Shown here one piece after another: positions 14,755 through 24,119 of a stretch of 63,665 nt of DNA. Position 1 is the stretch's first letter; each line of letters starts with the position of its first letter. Made by a program: the position numbers and the translations under genes. The stretch is taken from positions 1 to 63,665 of IMG/VR virus record IMGVR_UViG_3300032296_000732; one strand, written 5' to 3'. The notes under the pieces are model-generated. The model was given only the letters and a program-made list of their open reading frames with translations, was not told where the DNA came from and ran no database searches. This DNA is from a virus. Lineage: Duplodnaviria; Caudoviricetes.

Positions 14755-17189
14755 ATGAGATGTCTGATGATGAGTTGATGAATTTGCTCAAGGCTCTGCC
14801 TGAGGATAAGTTGTTGGCGGTGATTGATGGGATGCCAACGGGGCAGAGTGAGCATCTTCATATGATTTTGTCGGACTATCTGGAGTCATTGAAGAGGGAG
14901 AAGGCGCAGAAGGATTTCATGGCGTTTGTGAAGGTAATGTGGCCGATGTTTATTGCGGGCAAGCATCATGCGATCATGGCCAATGCGTTTGAGAGAGTGG
15001 CGCGGGGGGAGTTGAAGAGGCTGATCATTAATATGCCGCCTCGGCATACTAAGAGTGAGTTTGCTTCTTATCTGTTACCGGCTTGGTTTTTGGGTCAGTA
15101 TCCGGGCAAGAAGATCATTCAGTCTTCTAACACGGCTGAACTGGCGGTTGGATTTGGACGCAAGGTCAGGAACTTGGTGGACGGGGATGTGTTTTCGCAG
15201 GTGTTCCCGAATGTGAGTTTGCGGCATGACAGTAAAGCGGCTGGCCGGTGGTCTACGAACTCCTCGGGTGAGTATTTTGCGATTGGTGTGGATGGAACGG
15301 TGACGGGTAAGGGTGCTGATCTGTTGATCATTGACGATCCTCACTCTGAACAGGAAGCGAAATTGGCCGAAGGTGATCCTGCGGTGTTTGATAAGGTGTA
15401 TGAGTGGTACACCTCGGGTCCACGGCAGCGACTCCAGCCGGGTGGATCGATTGTGATGGTGATGTGCATGACGGGCGATACCGATGTTCTGATGGCCGAC
15501 AAAACGCAGAAGAAGCTGCGCGACATCCGACCCGGCGACGAGGTTGCTACTTTCGTGGCTGGATACATCACAACATCCAAGATTAACAATTGGCAGTCAA
15601 GTGGTGTTGATTCCATATATACAATACAAACACAATCTGGCATAATTCTCCGTGCAAACAAGGAGCATCCATTCCTTGTGGAATGGAACGGAGAACGCAA
15701 ATGGAGCAGATTAAAAGACTTGATTCCGGGGATGCGGCTTGTAGCAACGCTGGATGCTTACGCCCTGCAAGATCACAAACCAAGCCCGGACTCTGTGCAG
15801 CCTGTCAAGCCAGAGACAGCTACCATCGAAAAAACCCAGATGCACCGTTTAAACCAATCGGAAGTCATGGGCGCTGGGTTGGAAAGCAGTGCGCCTGTGG
15901 TGAAACAGTATCCGCAAAAGGAATGTGTGTTGCCTGCTACCGAAAGCAATACACGCCTCCAAAGCCAACCCCAGAACAAAACAGGCGCAGGCGGATTAAA
16001 AACCGCTATGGACTTACACCAGAGCAGTACGAAAGGATGGTTGCAGACCGCAACAACCTATGCGATGTCTGTGGTCAACCGCCTTCGGACAAAAACACAA
16101 GGGCGCACTGGAACGGCAGGCTCTGCATCGACCACTGCCACGAAACAGGTGTCGTTCGAGGCTTACTCTGCAACGATTGCAACCTTGCTGTCGGATACGG
16201 AAAGGTTTCAGAGACCCTACGAAGGGCCGCTGAGTACCTACAGCGTCACTCTTGACGAGATAATTTCCATCTTCCCCTCTGGGGAAGAGGAGGTTTTCGA
16301 CATAGAGGTGGATCGCACAGAAAATTTCATCGCCAATGGCGTGGTCAGCCACAACACACGTTGGTCTAAGAGGGATTTGACGGGTCAGGTGTTGAAAGCA
16401 GCAGCGCAAAGGTCTGGTGAAGAGTGGGAAGTGATTGAATTTCCCGCAATTTTGCCGTCTGGTAAGGCTATGTGGCCTGAATTTTGGGACATCAAGGAGC
16501 TTGAGTCGCTGAGATCGGAACTGCCGTCCAGTAAATGGCAAGCGCAGTACATGCAGCAGCCGACATCGGACGTGAGCGCGATCATTAAGCGTGAGTGGTG
16601 GAAGATTTGGGAGCGCGATGAGCCTCCGTCTTATGAATTCGTGATTCAGTCGTGGGATACCGCGTTTTTGAAGACAGAGCGGGCTGACTTTTCGGCCTGT
16701 ACAACGTGGGGCGTGTTTTATCAACCAGACGACAAGGGTGTTCTGCGGCCAAATTTGATTTTACTCAACGCTTTTAAGAAGCGGATGGAGTTTCCCGAGC
16801 TTAAACAGAGGGCTTATGAAGAATTCAAGGAATGGAACGTGGATTCGTTGATTGTTGAAGCCAAGGCGGCGGGTTCTCCGCTGATTTTCGAGTTGAGAGC
16901 GATGGGAATCCCGGTTCAAGAATTTACACCGACCAAAGGAAATGACAAAATAGCGCGATTAAACGCCGTTTCTGATCTCTTTGCCTCTGGCCACATTTGG
17001 GTTCCTAATACGCACTGGGCTGAGGAATTAATTGAAGAAGTGGCGAGTTTCCCGTCGGGTGATCACGATGACTTGGTGGACTCCATGAGCCAAGCGTTAC
17101 TCAGATACAGAAGGGGCGGGTTTATTCAGCTGGCCTCGGACGAAGAAGACGAGCCACTCCAACACAGACGCAAAGAGCCGTACTACTGA
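14751..17189 (+). CDS. terL: terminase large subunit (intein-containing precursor, ~515 aa after splicing)
   Basis: MPPRHTKS Walker A, LLIIDDP Walker B, IVMVM|TRW, nuclease SWDTAF and HDDLVD. Confidence 0.95.
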   Translation: MNEMSDDELMNLLKALPEDKLLAVIDGMPTGQSEHLHMILSDYLESLKREKAQKDFMAFVKVMWPMFIAGKHHAIMANAFERVARGELKRLIINMPPRHTKSEFASYLLPAWFLGQYPGKKIIQSSNTAELAVGFGRKVRNLVDGDVFSQVFPNVSLRHDSKAAGRWSTNSSGEYFAIGVDGTVTGKGADLLIIDDPHSEQEAKLAEGDPAVFDKVYEWYTSGPRQRLQPGGSIVMVMCMTGDTDVLMADKTQKKLRDIRPGDEVATFVAGYITTSKINNWQSSGVDSIYTIQTQSGIILRANKEHPFLVEWNGERKWSRLKDLIPGMRLVATLDAYALQDHKPSPDSVQPVKPETATIEKTQMHRLNQSEVMGAGLESSAPVVKQYPQKECVLPATESNTRLQSQPQNKTGAGGLKTAMDLHQSSTKGWLQTATTYAMSVVNRLRTKTQGRTGTAGSASTTATKQVSFEAYSATIATLLSDTERFQRPYEGPLSTYSVTLDEIISIFPSGEEEVFDIEVDRTENFIANGVVSHNTRWSKRDLTGQVLKAAAQRSGEEWEVIEFPAILPSGKAMWPEFWDIKELESLRSELPSSKWQAQYMQQPTSDVSAIIKREWWKIWERDEPPSYEFVIQSWDTAFLKTERADFSACTTWGVFYQPDDKGVLRPNLILLNAFKKRMEFPELKQRAYEEFKEWNVDSLIVEAKAAGSPLIFELRAMGIPVQEFTPTKGNDKIARLNAVSDLFASGHIWVPNTHWAEELIEEVASFPSGDHDDLVDSMSQALLRYRRGGFIQLASDEEDEPLQHRRKEPYY
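15465..16355 (+). mobile_element. intein (297 aa, terL residues 239-535)
   Basis: Block A CMTGDTDVLMAD, block B RANKEHPF, block F VFDIEV..ENFIANG, terminal HN followed by Thr+1; removal restores VMTRW. Confidence 0.93.
15701..16255 (+). CDS. endonuclease VII-family homing endonuclease nested out of frame in the intein
   Basis: YGLTPEQYERM..CDVC...IDHCHETGVVRGLLCNDCN; N-terminal Cys-rich motifs; GGAG 7 nt before ATG 15701 (alternative ATG 15683). Confidence 0.88.
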   Translation: MEQIKRLDSGDAACSNAGCLRPARSQTKPGLCAACQARDSYHRKNPDAPFKPIGSHGRWVGKQCACGETVSAKGMCVACYRKQYTPPKPTPEQNRRRRIKNRYGLTPEQYERMVADRNNLCDVCGQPPSDKNTRAHWNGRLCIDHCHETGVVRGLLCNDCNLAVGYGKVSETLRRAAEYLQRHS

Positions 17190-17680
17190 TGAACACACAC
17201 CTGACTCTACCGGCGGCATCTTTGATCTCCAAAGACCTACTCGCACAGGCCGTGGAAACCTACAACTGGGTGCCGTATTACAATTTTCTTGTGACGCCTG
17301 TACCCGAAAAAATACTCGCCAAAGACCCGTTCCTTGTCAAGCTGTCTCAGAAACGAATGTTCCACGCTGGCATCTTAAAAATGGAGCCGAACACTTGTTA
17401 TAACTGGCATGTAGACACGGACCGAAAGGTTGGGCTTAATATGCTCCTGATGGATCAGGACAGTCAGTGTCTTTTTCTAGATGGTGAGCCGGGTGTAGTG
17501 GTCAAGACAAAAAAACTTGAGTACAAGCCCGACACGTATTACGCGTTCAACACGCAGATTCCGCATATGGTGATCAACACCATAGGGCCGCGATATTTAT
17601 TCAGCCTCCAGTTTGTAGAGCTGGGATTGACGTTTGATGAACTTTGCAAAGACATAAAAGGAATGGATCATGGCTATTGA
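17189..17680 (+). CDS. cupin / 2OG-Fe(II) oxygenase-like protein
   Basis: YNWHVD (HxD) ... PHMVIN ... RYLFS. Confidence 0.6.
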   Translation: MNTHLTLPAASLISKDLLAQAVETYNWVPYYNFLVTPVPEKILAKDPFLVKLSQKRMFHAGILKMEPNTCYNWHVDTDRKVGLNMLLMDQDSQCLFLDGEPGVVVKTKKLEYKPDTYYAFNTQIPHMVINTIGPRYLFSLQFVELGLTFDELCKDIKGMDHGY

Positions 17681-20225
17681 GAAATCGCTGTACGCAGCGC
17701 CACAGGGTCTGGAAGAGTTGGCCGGTATGGAAGACGGCCAAATTGAGATTGAGATTGAGGACCCCGAATCGGTCACAATTGATATGGGGGACATGGAGAT
17801 TGAGATCACACCTGACGCCGAGTCGGATGAGGATTTCAACGCCAACTTGGCCGAGTACATCAGTGAAGAAGTTCTGCAAAACCTTGCTAGCGACTTGATC
17901 GGTGACTACGACGAGGACATCTCTAGCCGCAAGGACTGGATGCAGACCTACGTTGACGGCCTAGAACTGCTGGGCATGAAGATTGAAGAAAGAACAGAGC
18001 CGTGGGAGGGCGCGTGCGGTGTGTTCCATCCCATGCTCTCTGAAGCTCTGGTGAAGTTTCAGTCCGAAACGATGATGGCCACGTTCCCAGCCGCTGGTCC
18101 GGTCAAGACCCAGATTATTGGCAAAGAGACCCCGGCCAAGAAAGAGTCCGCACTGCGTGTAGCGGACGACATGAACTACCAGTTGACGGACGTGATGAAG
18201 GAATACCGCCCTGAGCACGAGCGCATGCTGTGGGGCTTGGGCTTGGCGGGCAATGCGTTCAAGAAGGTGTACTTTGATCCCGGCATGGACCGTCAGGTGT
18301 CGTACTTTGTCCCGGCTGAAGACATCGTGGTGCCGTACGGCGCGAGTAACTTGGAGTCCTCGCCGCGCATTACCCACGTGATGCGCAAGACCGAGAACGA
18401 GTTGCGCAAGTTGCAGGTGGCTGGCTTCTATCGTGACATTGATTTGGGCACACCTGAGAACGTGCTTGATGAAGTTGAGAAGAAGATTGCCGAGAAGATG
18501 GGCTTCAGGGCTACATCTGATGACCGCTTCAAGCTGCTTGAGATGAACGTAGACCTTGACCTTGAGGGATACGAGCATAAAGACAAGGATGGGAATAAGA
18601 CAGGCATCGCTCTGCCTTATGTCGTGACCATCGAAAAGGGATCGAGCAACGTTTTAGCAATCCGCCGTAACTGGGAGCCAGATGATGAGACACATACCAA
18701 ACGTCAGCACTTCGTTCATTACGGATACGTTCCGGGATTTGGTTTCTACTGTTTTGGTCTCATTCACCTCATCGGCGCTTTTGCTAAGTCAGGCACTTCT
18801 CTTATTCGTCAGCTTGTCGATGCTGGTACTCTGAGCAACCTGCCCGGTGGCTTTAAGACTCGTGGCATGCGGATCAAAGGGGATGACACTCCAATTGCTC
18901 CCGGCGAGTGGCGTGATGCTGACGTGGCCAGTGGTGTGTTGCGTGACAACTTACTGCCCCTGCCTTACAAGGAGCCAAGTCAAACTCTGATGACGCTGCT
19001 CAACCAGATCGTTGAGGAAGGTAGACGTTTCGCTAACGCCGCTGACTTGACACTGAGTGACATGTCTGCACAAGCTCCCGTAGGCACTACGCTGGCTATC
19101 CTTGAGCGCACACTGAAGAACATGAGTGCGATTCAAGCGCGGGTCCACTACTCAATGAAGCAAGAGCTGGGCCTGCTGAAAAAAATCATCGCCGACTACA
19201 CGCCCGAAGATTACGACTACCAACCCAGCGAAGGTAGCCGTAAAGCAAAGCGGTCTGACTACGATGACGTGGACGTGATTCCCGTCAGTGATCCGAATGC
19301 CTCGACCATGGCGCAGAAGATCGTTCAGTACCAAGCCGTGCTCCAGCTGGCGCAGGGCGCACCTCAGTTGTACAACTTACCGCTGTTGCATCGTCAGATG
19401 CTTGAGGTGCTGGGTGTGAAGGAAGCTCAGAAACTTGTGCCGATGGACATTGACCAAAAGCCGACTGATCCAGTGTCTGAGAACCAAAACGTATTGTCCG
19501 GCAAGCCGGTCAAAGCGTTTATCTCGCAAGATCACAAGGCCCACATCACGGTGCATATGTCGGCAATGCAGGACCCCAAGATTCAAATGCTGCTTCAGCA
19601 AAACCCAATGGCCCAGCAGATGCAAGCCGCTATGGCGGCGCACATCAGCGAACACTTGGGCTTTGAGTACCGCAAGCAGATTGAAGAGCAATTGGGCATG
19701 CAGTTGCCACCTCAAGTGGACGAATCCGGCGAAGAGAATCCAATGTCGCCAGAAGTCGAAACCCGTTTGGCTCCCTTGTTGGCGCAGGCTGCACAGCAGT
19801 TGCTTCAGAAGAACCAAGGCGAAGCCCAACAAGAGCAAGCTCAAAAGCAAGCACAAGACCCGCTGGTTCAAATGCAGCAACAGGAGCTGCAACTCAAAGC
19901 GCAGGAACTCCAGCGCAAGGCTGCAAAAGATCAGGCCGATGCCGCACTCAAGGCATCTCAGCAGCAGATTGAACGAGACCGTATTCAGTCACAGCAGTCC
20001 ACGGAAGATAAGCGTCTTCAGATTAAGCAAGAGCTGGATGACAAGAAAATCCGAATGGATTTGCTTAAAACATCCGCGCAGATGCAAAACGACAAACAGG
20101 GCCACATGATGGACTTGGGTGTAGATGTACTCAAACAGCTCTCTAATAAGAGTCAAGAAGAGCAACTCAGAATGATGCAAGAGCGCATTCAAATGCGGCA
20201 ACGCGGAAAGGCAAATGAGCAATGA
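17670..20225 (+). CDS. portal protein
   Basis: 851 aa after terL; PWEGACGVFHP, GFYCFGLIHLIG, long Q-rich helical C-terminus. Confidence 0.85.
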   Translation: MAIEKSLYAAPQGLEELAGMEDGQIEIEIEDPESVTIDMGDMEIEITPDAESDEDFNANLAEYISEEVLQNLASDLIGDYDEDISSRKDWMQTYVDGLELLGMKIEERTEPWEGACGVFHPMLSEALVKFQSETMMATFPAAGPVKTQIIGKETPAKKESALRVADDMNYQLTDVMKEYRPEHERMLWGLGLAGNAFKKVYFDPGMDRQVSYFVPAEDIVVPYGASNLESSPRITHVMRKTENELRKLQVAGFYRDIDLGTPENVLDEVEKKIAEKMGFRATSDDRFKLLEMNVDLDLEGYEHKDKDGNKTGIALPYVVTIEKGSSNVLAIRRNWEPDDETHTKRQHFVHYGYVPGFGFYCFGLIHLIGAFAKSGTSLIRQLVDAGTLSNLPGGFKTRGMRIKGDDTPIAPGEWRDADVASGVLRDNLLPLPYKEPSQTLMTLLNQIVEEGRRFANAADLTLSDMSAQAPVGTTLAILERTLKNMSAIQARVHYSMKQELGLLKKIIADYTPEDYDYQPSEGSRKAKRSDYDDVDVIPVSDPNASTMAQKIVQYQAVLQLAQGAPQLYNLPLLHRQMLEVLGVKEAQKLVPMDIDQKPTDPVSENQNVLSGKPVKAFISQDHKAHITVHMSAMQDPKIQMLLQQNPMAQQMQAAMAAHISEHLGFEYRKQIEEQLGMQLPPQVDESGEENPMSPEVETRLAPLLAQAAQQLLQKNQGEAQQEQAQKQAQDPLVQMQQQELQLKAQELQRKAAKDQADAALKASQQQIERDRIQSQQSTEDKRLQIKQELDDKKIRMDLLKTSAQMQNDKQGHMMDLGVDVLKQLSNKSQEEQLRMMQERIQMRQRGKANEQ

Positions 20226-20410
20226 ACTTTTTTGACGTTCTCATTAAGCAAGCTGACGAAAAAATTGAGCAACTCAAAGATTACTTGGCCGAGGGCAAGG
20301 CCGAGTCCTTTGAGGAGTACAAGAAACTGTGTGGTGAGGTTCGCGGTCTACTCATCATGCGGGGATACACCCTAGACCTGAAACAACGAATGGAGAATGC
20401 GGATGACTAG
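20222..20410 (+). CDS. hypothetical protein
   Basis: Coupled ORF, FEEYKKLCGEVRGL. Confidence 0.7.
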   Translation: MNFFDVLIKQADEKIEQLKDYLAEGKAESFEEYKKLCGEVRGLLIMRGYTLDLKQRMENADD

Positions 20411-20825
20411 TTCGATCCTATTGGCTACAGACGCCAATAACCCACGACCAGTGGGCTTTTATAACTTTGCTGCAAGCGCGGAGGAGAAAGGAAAACAGTT
20501 ACCCAAGCCAATGGGTTACCGAATTCTTTGTGCAATTCCTGAAGCAGAGCAAGAGTTTGAGGACAGCAAAATTATCAAAGCCGACGAAACAATGCGTAAC
20601 GAGGAGACCCTTACAACGGTCTTGTTCGTTGTCGAATTGGGTCCGGATTGCTATAAAGATGAGGCCAAGTTTCCAAATGGCCCGTGGTGCAAACAAGGAG
20701 ACTTTATTCTTGTTCGCCCATATTCAGGTTCTCGTTTGGTCATTCATGGCCGCGAGTTTCGCATCATTAACGACGACACAGTCGAAGCCGTCGTAGATGA
20801 TCCCCGTGGCATCAAACGTAAATGA
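20397..20825 (+). CDS. GroES-like co-chaperonin
   Basis: PKPMGYRIL...VVELGPDCY...GDFIL..YSG...FRIINDDTVEAVV. Confidence 0.8.
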   Translation: MRMTSSILLATDANNPRPVGFYNFAASAEEKGKQLPKPMGYRILCAIPEAEQEFEDSKIIKADETMRNEETLTTVLFVVELGPDCYKDEAKFPNGPWCKQGDFILVRPYSGSRLVIHGREFRIINDDTVEAVVDDPRGIKRK

Positions 20826-21748
20826 AGGAGCACAAAATGCCTTTAGACAAAACAGACTACAAGTTCCCCGACGAGGTTGAAGAATCGCCGGATATCGTGA
20901 TTGAGATTGATGACGATGCGCCGCAAGAGGACAGGGGCCGCGAACCCATGCCAAAGTCTCTGGTTGAAGAACTAGAGAAAGACGAGCTGGATCAGTACGA
21001 CGACAACGTGAAAATCAAACTTAAGCAAATGCGCAAGGTTTGGCATGACGAGCGTCGCGAAAAAGAAACAGCTTTGCGCGAACAGCAAGAGGCGGTTAAT
21101 TTTGCTCAGAACCTCTACCAAGAAAATAAGCGGATCAAAAATATCTTGAGTATTGGCGAGAAGGAATACGTCACCACCATTCAAGGTGCTGCCGATCTGG
21201 AACTCAAGAATGCCAAGCGTGCATATAAAGAGGCTTTCGAGTCCGGCGATTCTGAATTGGTTGTAGAGGCGCAGCAAGCGTTGCAGCAGGCAAACTTAAA
21301 ATCCATGCAAGCGCAGAATTTTCGCTTGCCTACTTTACAGGAGCAAGAATATCCTGTACAAAACGAACCACAGAGGGTCCAAGCTCCAGACGGTAAGGCT
21401 ATTTCGTGGCAAAAGCAAAATAGCTGGTTCGGTCAAGATAGAAGTATGACGGCGTTTGCCTTAGGTCTTCACGAAGATTTAAGGTTCAACGGCGTCGAGG
21501 TTGGGTCTGAAGAATATTACAGCGAGTTAGACAAAACAATTCGCAAACGGTTCCCAGAGAAATTTGAGGACCAAGATCGACAAAGTACTCGTACAAAACC
21601 CGGTACAGTCGTTGCCCCGGCAGTTCGTAGCACCGCCCCCACAAAGGTGCGGCTAAAGCAAAGCCAAGTTAACCTAGCACGAAAATTAGGTTTGACACCT
21701 GAGCAGTATGTTAAAGCACAACTCGAATTGGAGGCCCGCAATGGCTGA
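20822..21748 (+). CDS. capsid scaffolding protein
   Basis: Acidic N-terminus, coiled coil, C-terminal LARKLGLTPEQY; lies between portal and MCP. Confidence 0.7.
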   Translation: MKEHKMPLDKTDYKFPDEVEESPDIVIEIDDDAPQEDRGREPMPKSLVEELEKDELDQYDDNVKIKLKQMRKVWHDERREKETALREQQEAVNFAQNLYQENKRIKNILSIGEKEYVTTIQGAADLELKNAKRAYKEAFESGDSELVVEAQQALQQANLKSMQAQNFRLPTLQEQEYPVQNEPQRVQAPDGKAISWQKQNSWFGQDRSMTAFALGLHEDLRFNGVEVGSEEYYSELDKTIRKRFPEKFEDQDRQSTRTKPGTVVAPAVRSTAPTKVRLKQSQVNLARKLGLTPEQYVKAQLELEARNG

Positions 21749-22199
21749 AGTTAAAGACAACAGAATGTCCCGTGAAATTGAAACGAGAACGGTAACGGAG
21801 CGTCCCAAGCAGTGGGCGCAACCAGAACTCCTGCCGGAGCCAGACAAAATCCCCGGATGGAATTACCGCTGGATTCGTGTTTCGACGATGAACAATGCTG
21901 ACCCACGTAACCTTTCGGCCAAACTCCGAGAAGGCTGGGAGCCAGTTCCCGTCGAAGAACAACCAAAATTTAGACTGTTAGCCGATCCCAATAGTCGTTT
22001 TAAAGACAACGTTGAGGTCGGTGGGCTATTGCTTTGCAAGACACCTACTGAGTTTGTCCAACAGCGGAACGACCATTTCGCCAAGGTAACCCAATCTCAG
22101 ACAGATGCTGTGGACAATAGCTTCATGCGTCAAAGCGATGCGCGGATGCCGCTCTTCCAAGAGCGTAAGTCCTCGTCCAGCTTTGGCAAAGGTACTTAA
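21741..22199 (+). CDS. conserved head-module protein
   Basis: YRWIR...LREGWEPV...GGLLLCK; RBS GGAGG. Confidence 0.7.
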   Translation: MAEVKDNRMSREIETRTVTERPKQWAQPELLPEPDKIPGWNYRWIRVSTMNNADPRNLSAKLREGWEPVPVEEQPKFRLLADPNSRFKDNVEVGGLLLCKTPTEFVQQRNDHFAKVTQSQTDAVDNSFMRQSDARMPLFQERKSSSSFGKGT

Positions 22200-22217
22200 A
22201 TCTTTAAGGAGTCTTAA

Positions 22218-23054
22218 ATGGCTTATCCCGTCGTCTCGGCCCCCTACGGCCTAAAGCCGATCAACCTGATCGGTGGTCAGGTATTTGCTGGTTCTACCCG
22301 CATTTACTCGATCCAGTATGGTTTCGCGTCAAACATCTTTTACGGTGATTTGGTCAATATTGTTCGTGGTTCCATTGTTAAGAACACCGACACTACTGAC
22401 TCTACCGGCAATGGCCTTGTTGGCGTGTTCTTGGGTTGTGAATATACAAACCCTACAACTAAGCAAACGCAATTTGCTCAGTACTGGCCCGCTGGCACTA
22501 CTGCTACTGGCAGAGCTATTGTCTGTGATGATCCTGACACAGTGTTTAAAGTAGTAATGTGTTCCGCTACAACGGTCATTGCTTCTGCTTCTACTGCTCT
22601 GTTAGGTCAAAACTTTGGTTTGATTCAAAATGCAGGTAACGTCAACACAGGTAATTCTGCTGTTGCCGCTCTGTATGGCTCATCAAGCACAAGTGCTGAC
22701 TTTGCTCTACGTGCAGTTGGTTTGGTTGAGGAAACTGCCATTCAAACTAGCGCAACTGGTTCATCTTCTTCTACTACCATTACATTGACTGGCTCTGGTT
22801 TACCTAGCGCGTTGGTGGTTGGTACAGAAGTTGGCTACCTTGCTCCTAATGGTCAGTACATTCAATCTGGCTCGTACGTATCTGCGGCTGCTGCTGCTGG
22901 TGCGACAACAGTGACGATCAATTCTGCGATTGCAGTTCCCGGCAGTGTTACGGCTATTCCAGCCGCTTCCACTATTCTTTTCACCCAGTATCCAGAAATG
23001 CTTGTCAAACTCAACTTTGGCACCCATTCCTATTACACTGCCACTGCGGTCTAA
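22218..23054 (+). CDS. putative capsid decoration / minor head protein
   Basis: RBS AAGGAG; immediately upstream of MCP; beta-rich, Ser/Thr/Ala-rich. Confidence 0.6.
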   Translation: MAYPVVSAPYGLKPINLIGGQVFAGSTRIYSIQYGFASNIFYGDLVNIVRGSIVKNTDTTDSTGNGLVGVFLGCEYTNPTTKQTQFAQYWPAGTTATGRAIVCDDPDTVFKVVMCSATTVIASASTALLGQNFGLIQNAGNVNTGNSAVAALYGSSSTSADFALRAVGLVEETAIQTSATGSSSSTTITLTGSGLPSALVVGTEVGYLAPNGQYIQSGSYVSAAAAAGATTVTINSAIAVPGSVTAIPAASTILFTQYPEMLVKLNFGTHSYYTATAV

Positions 23055-23065
23055 GGAGCTAAATC

Positions 23066-23974
23066 ATGGCTATTTCACGCGCACAACTACTCAAAGAACT
23101 TCTTCCCGGCCTGAACGCTTTGTTCGGTTTGGAGTACGCCAAGTATGGTGAGGAACATAAAGAGATTTATGAGACCGAAACCTCTGAGCGTTCTTTTGAA
23201 GAAGAAACTAAGCTGTCTGGCTTCTCTGCCGCTCCTGTCAAGAACGAAGGCTCTGCCATCGCTTACGACAACGCGCAAGAAGCATGGACTGCTCGTTACA
23301 ACCACGAAACCATCGCTTTGGGTTTCTCGCTGACCGAAGAGGCCATCGAAGACAACTTGTACGACAGCCTGTCTGCTCGTTACACCAAAGCTCTGGCTCG
23401 TGCTATGGCTTACACCAAGCAAGTTAAAGCTGCTGCTGTTTTGAACAACGGCTTTAGCAATGCTTACGCTGGTGGTGACGGTGTTGCTTTGTTTAGCGCA
23501 TCACACCCCTTGGTGTCAGGTGGTACTAACAGCAACATCCCATCTACCCCTGCCGACTTGAATGAAACATCGTTGGAAAACGCTGTGATTCAGATCAGCT
23601 TGTGGACTGATGAACGTGGCCTGTTGATCGCTGCCAAGCCTGCCAAGTTGGTGGTTCCTCCACCGTTGCAGTTCACGGCAACCCGTTTGCTGGAAACTGA
23701 ACTCCGCGTCAGCACTGCCGACAACGATATCAACGCTTTGAAGAACAATGGTTCTATCCCCGGTGGATACACCATTAACCACTTCTTGACCGACAACAAC
23801 GCTTGGTTCCTGACCACAGACGTGCCTAACGGTATGAAGCACTTTGTGCGTTCGCCTTTGGCTCAGTCAATGGATGGCGACTTCGATACTGGTAACGTCC
23901 GTTACAAGTCCCGTGAGCGTTATTCGTTCGGCTGGTCTGACCCATTGGGCATGTTCGGCTCGTCCGGCGCTTAA
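23066..23974 (+). CDS. major capsid protein
   Basis: MAISRAQLLKELLPGLNALFGLEY...RERYSFGWSDP; strong codon bias; terminator follows. Confidence 0.9.
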   Translation: MAISRAQLLKELLPGLNALFGLEYAKYGEEHKEIYETETSERSFEEETKLSGFSAAPVKNEGSAIAYDNAQEAWTARYNHETIALGFSLTEEAIEDNLYDSLSARYTKALARAMAYTKQVKAAAVLNNGFSNAYAGGDGVALFSASHPLVSGGTNSNIPSTPADLNETSLENAVIQISLWTDERGLLIAAKPAKLVVPPPLQFTATRLLETELRVSTADNDINALKNNGSIPGGYTINHFLTDNNAWFLTTDVPNGMKHFVRSPLAQSMDGDFDTGNVRYKSRERYSFGWSDPLGMFGSSGA

Positions 23975-23993
23975 TCCTTCGGGATTATTTGAG

Positions 23994-24021
23994 AAGGCCC
24001 CCTTGTGGGGCCTTTTCTTTT
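23994..24021 (+). terminator. intrinsic terminator after MCP
   Basis: AAGGCCCCC-TTGT-GGGGCCTT followed by TTCTTTT. Confidence 0.75.
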
Positions 24022-24040
24022 GGGGTATATTGAGCACATT

Positions 24041-24113
24041 CCGGGGTTTTCCGGTGTATCTGACAGTCCCGGCTGACGACATGCAGACAGATACGCCTTA
24101 TCGCATGTGAGGA
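24041..24113 (+). ncRNA. candidate double-pseudoknot 5' leader RNA
   Basis: Interleaved helices 24041-45/24068-72, 24053-62/24088-97, 24079-84/24103-08 abutting RBS GAGGA. Confidence 0.5.
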
Positions 24114-24119
24114 ATCATC

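Noticed and set aside
15740-16250. In-frame LAGLIDADG endonuclease in the intein
   Set aside because: No LAGLIDADG or HNH motif in the terL frame; nuclease motifs are only in the shifted frame
24065-24095. Hammerhead ribozyme (CTGACGA)
   Set aside because: No GAAA after a stem II, and the helix order does not fit
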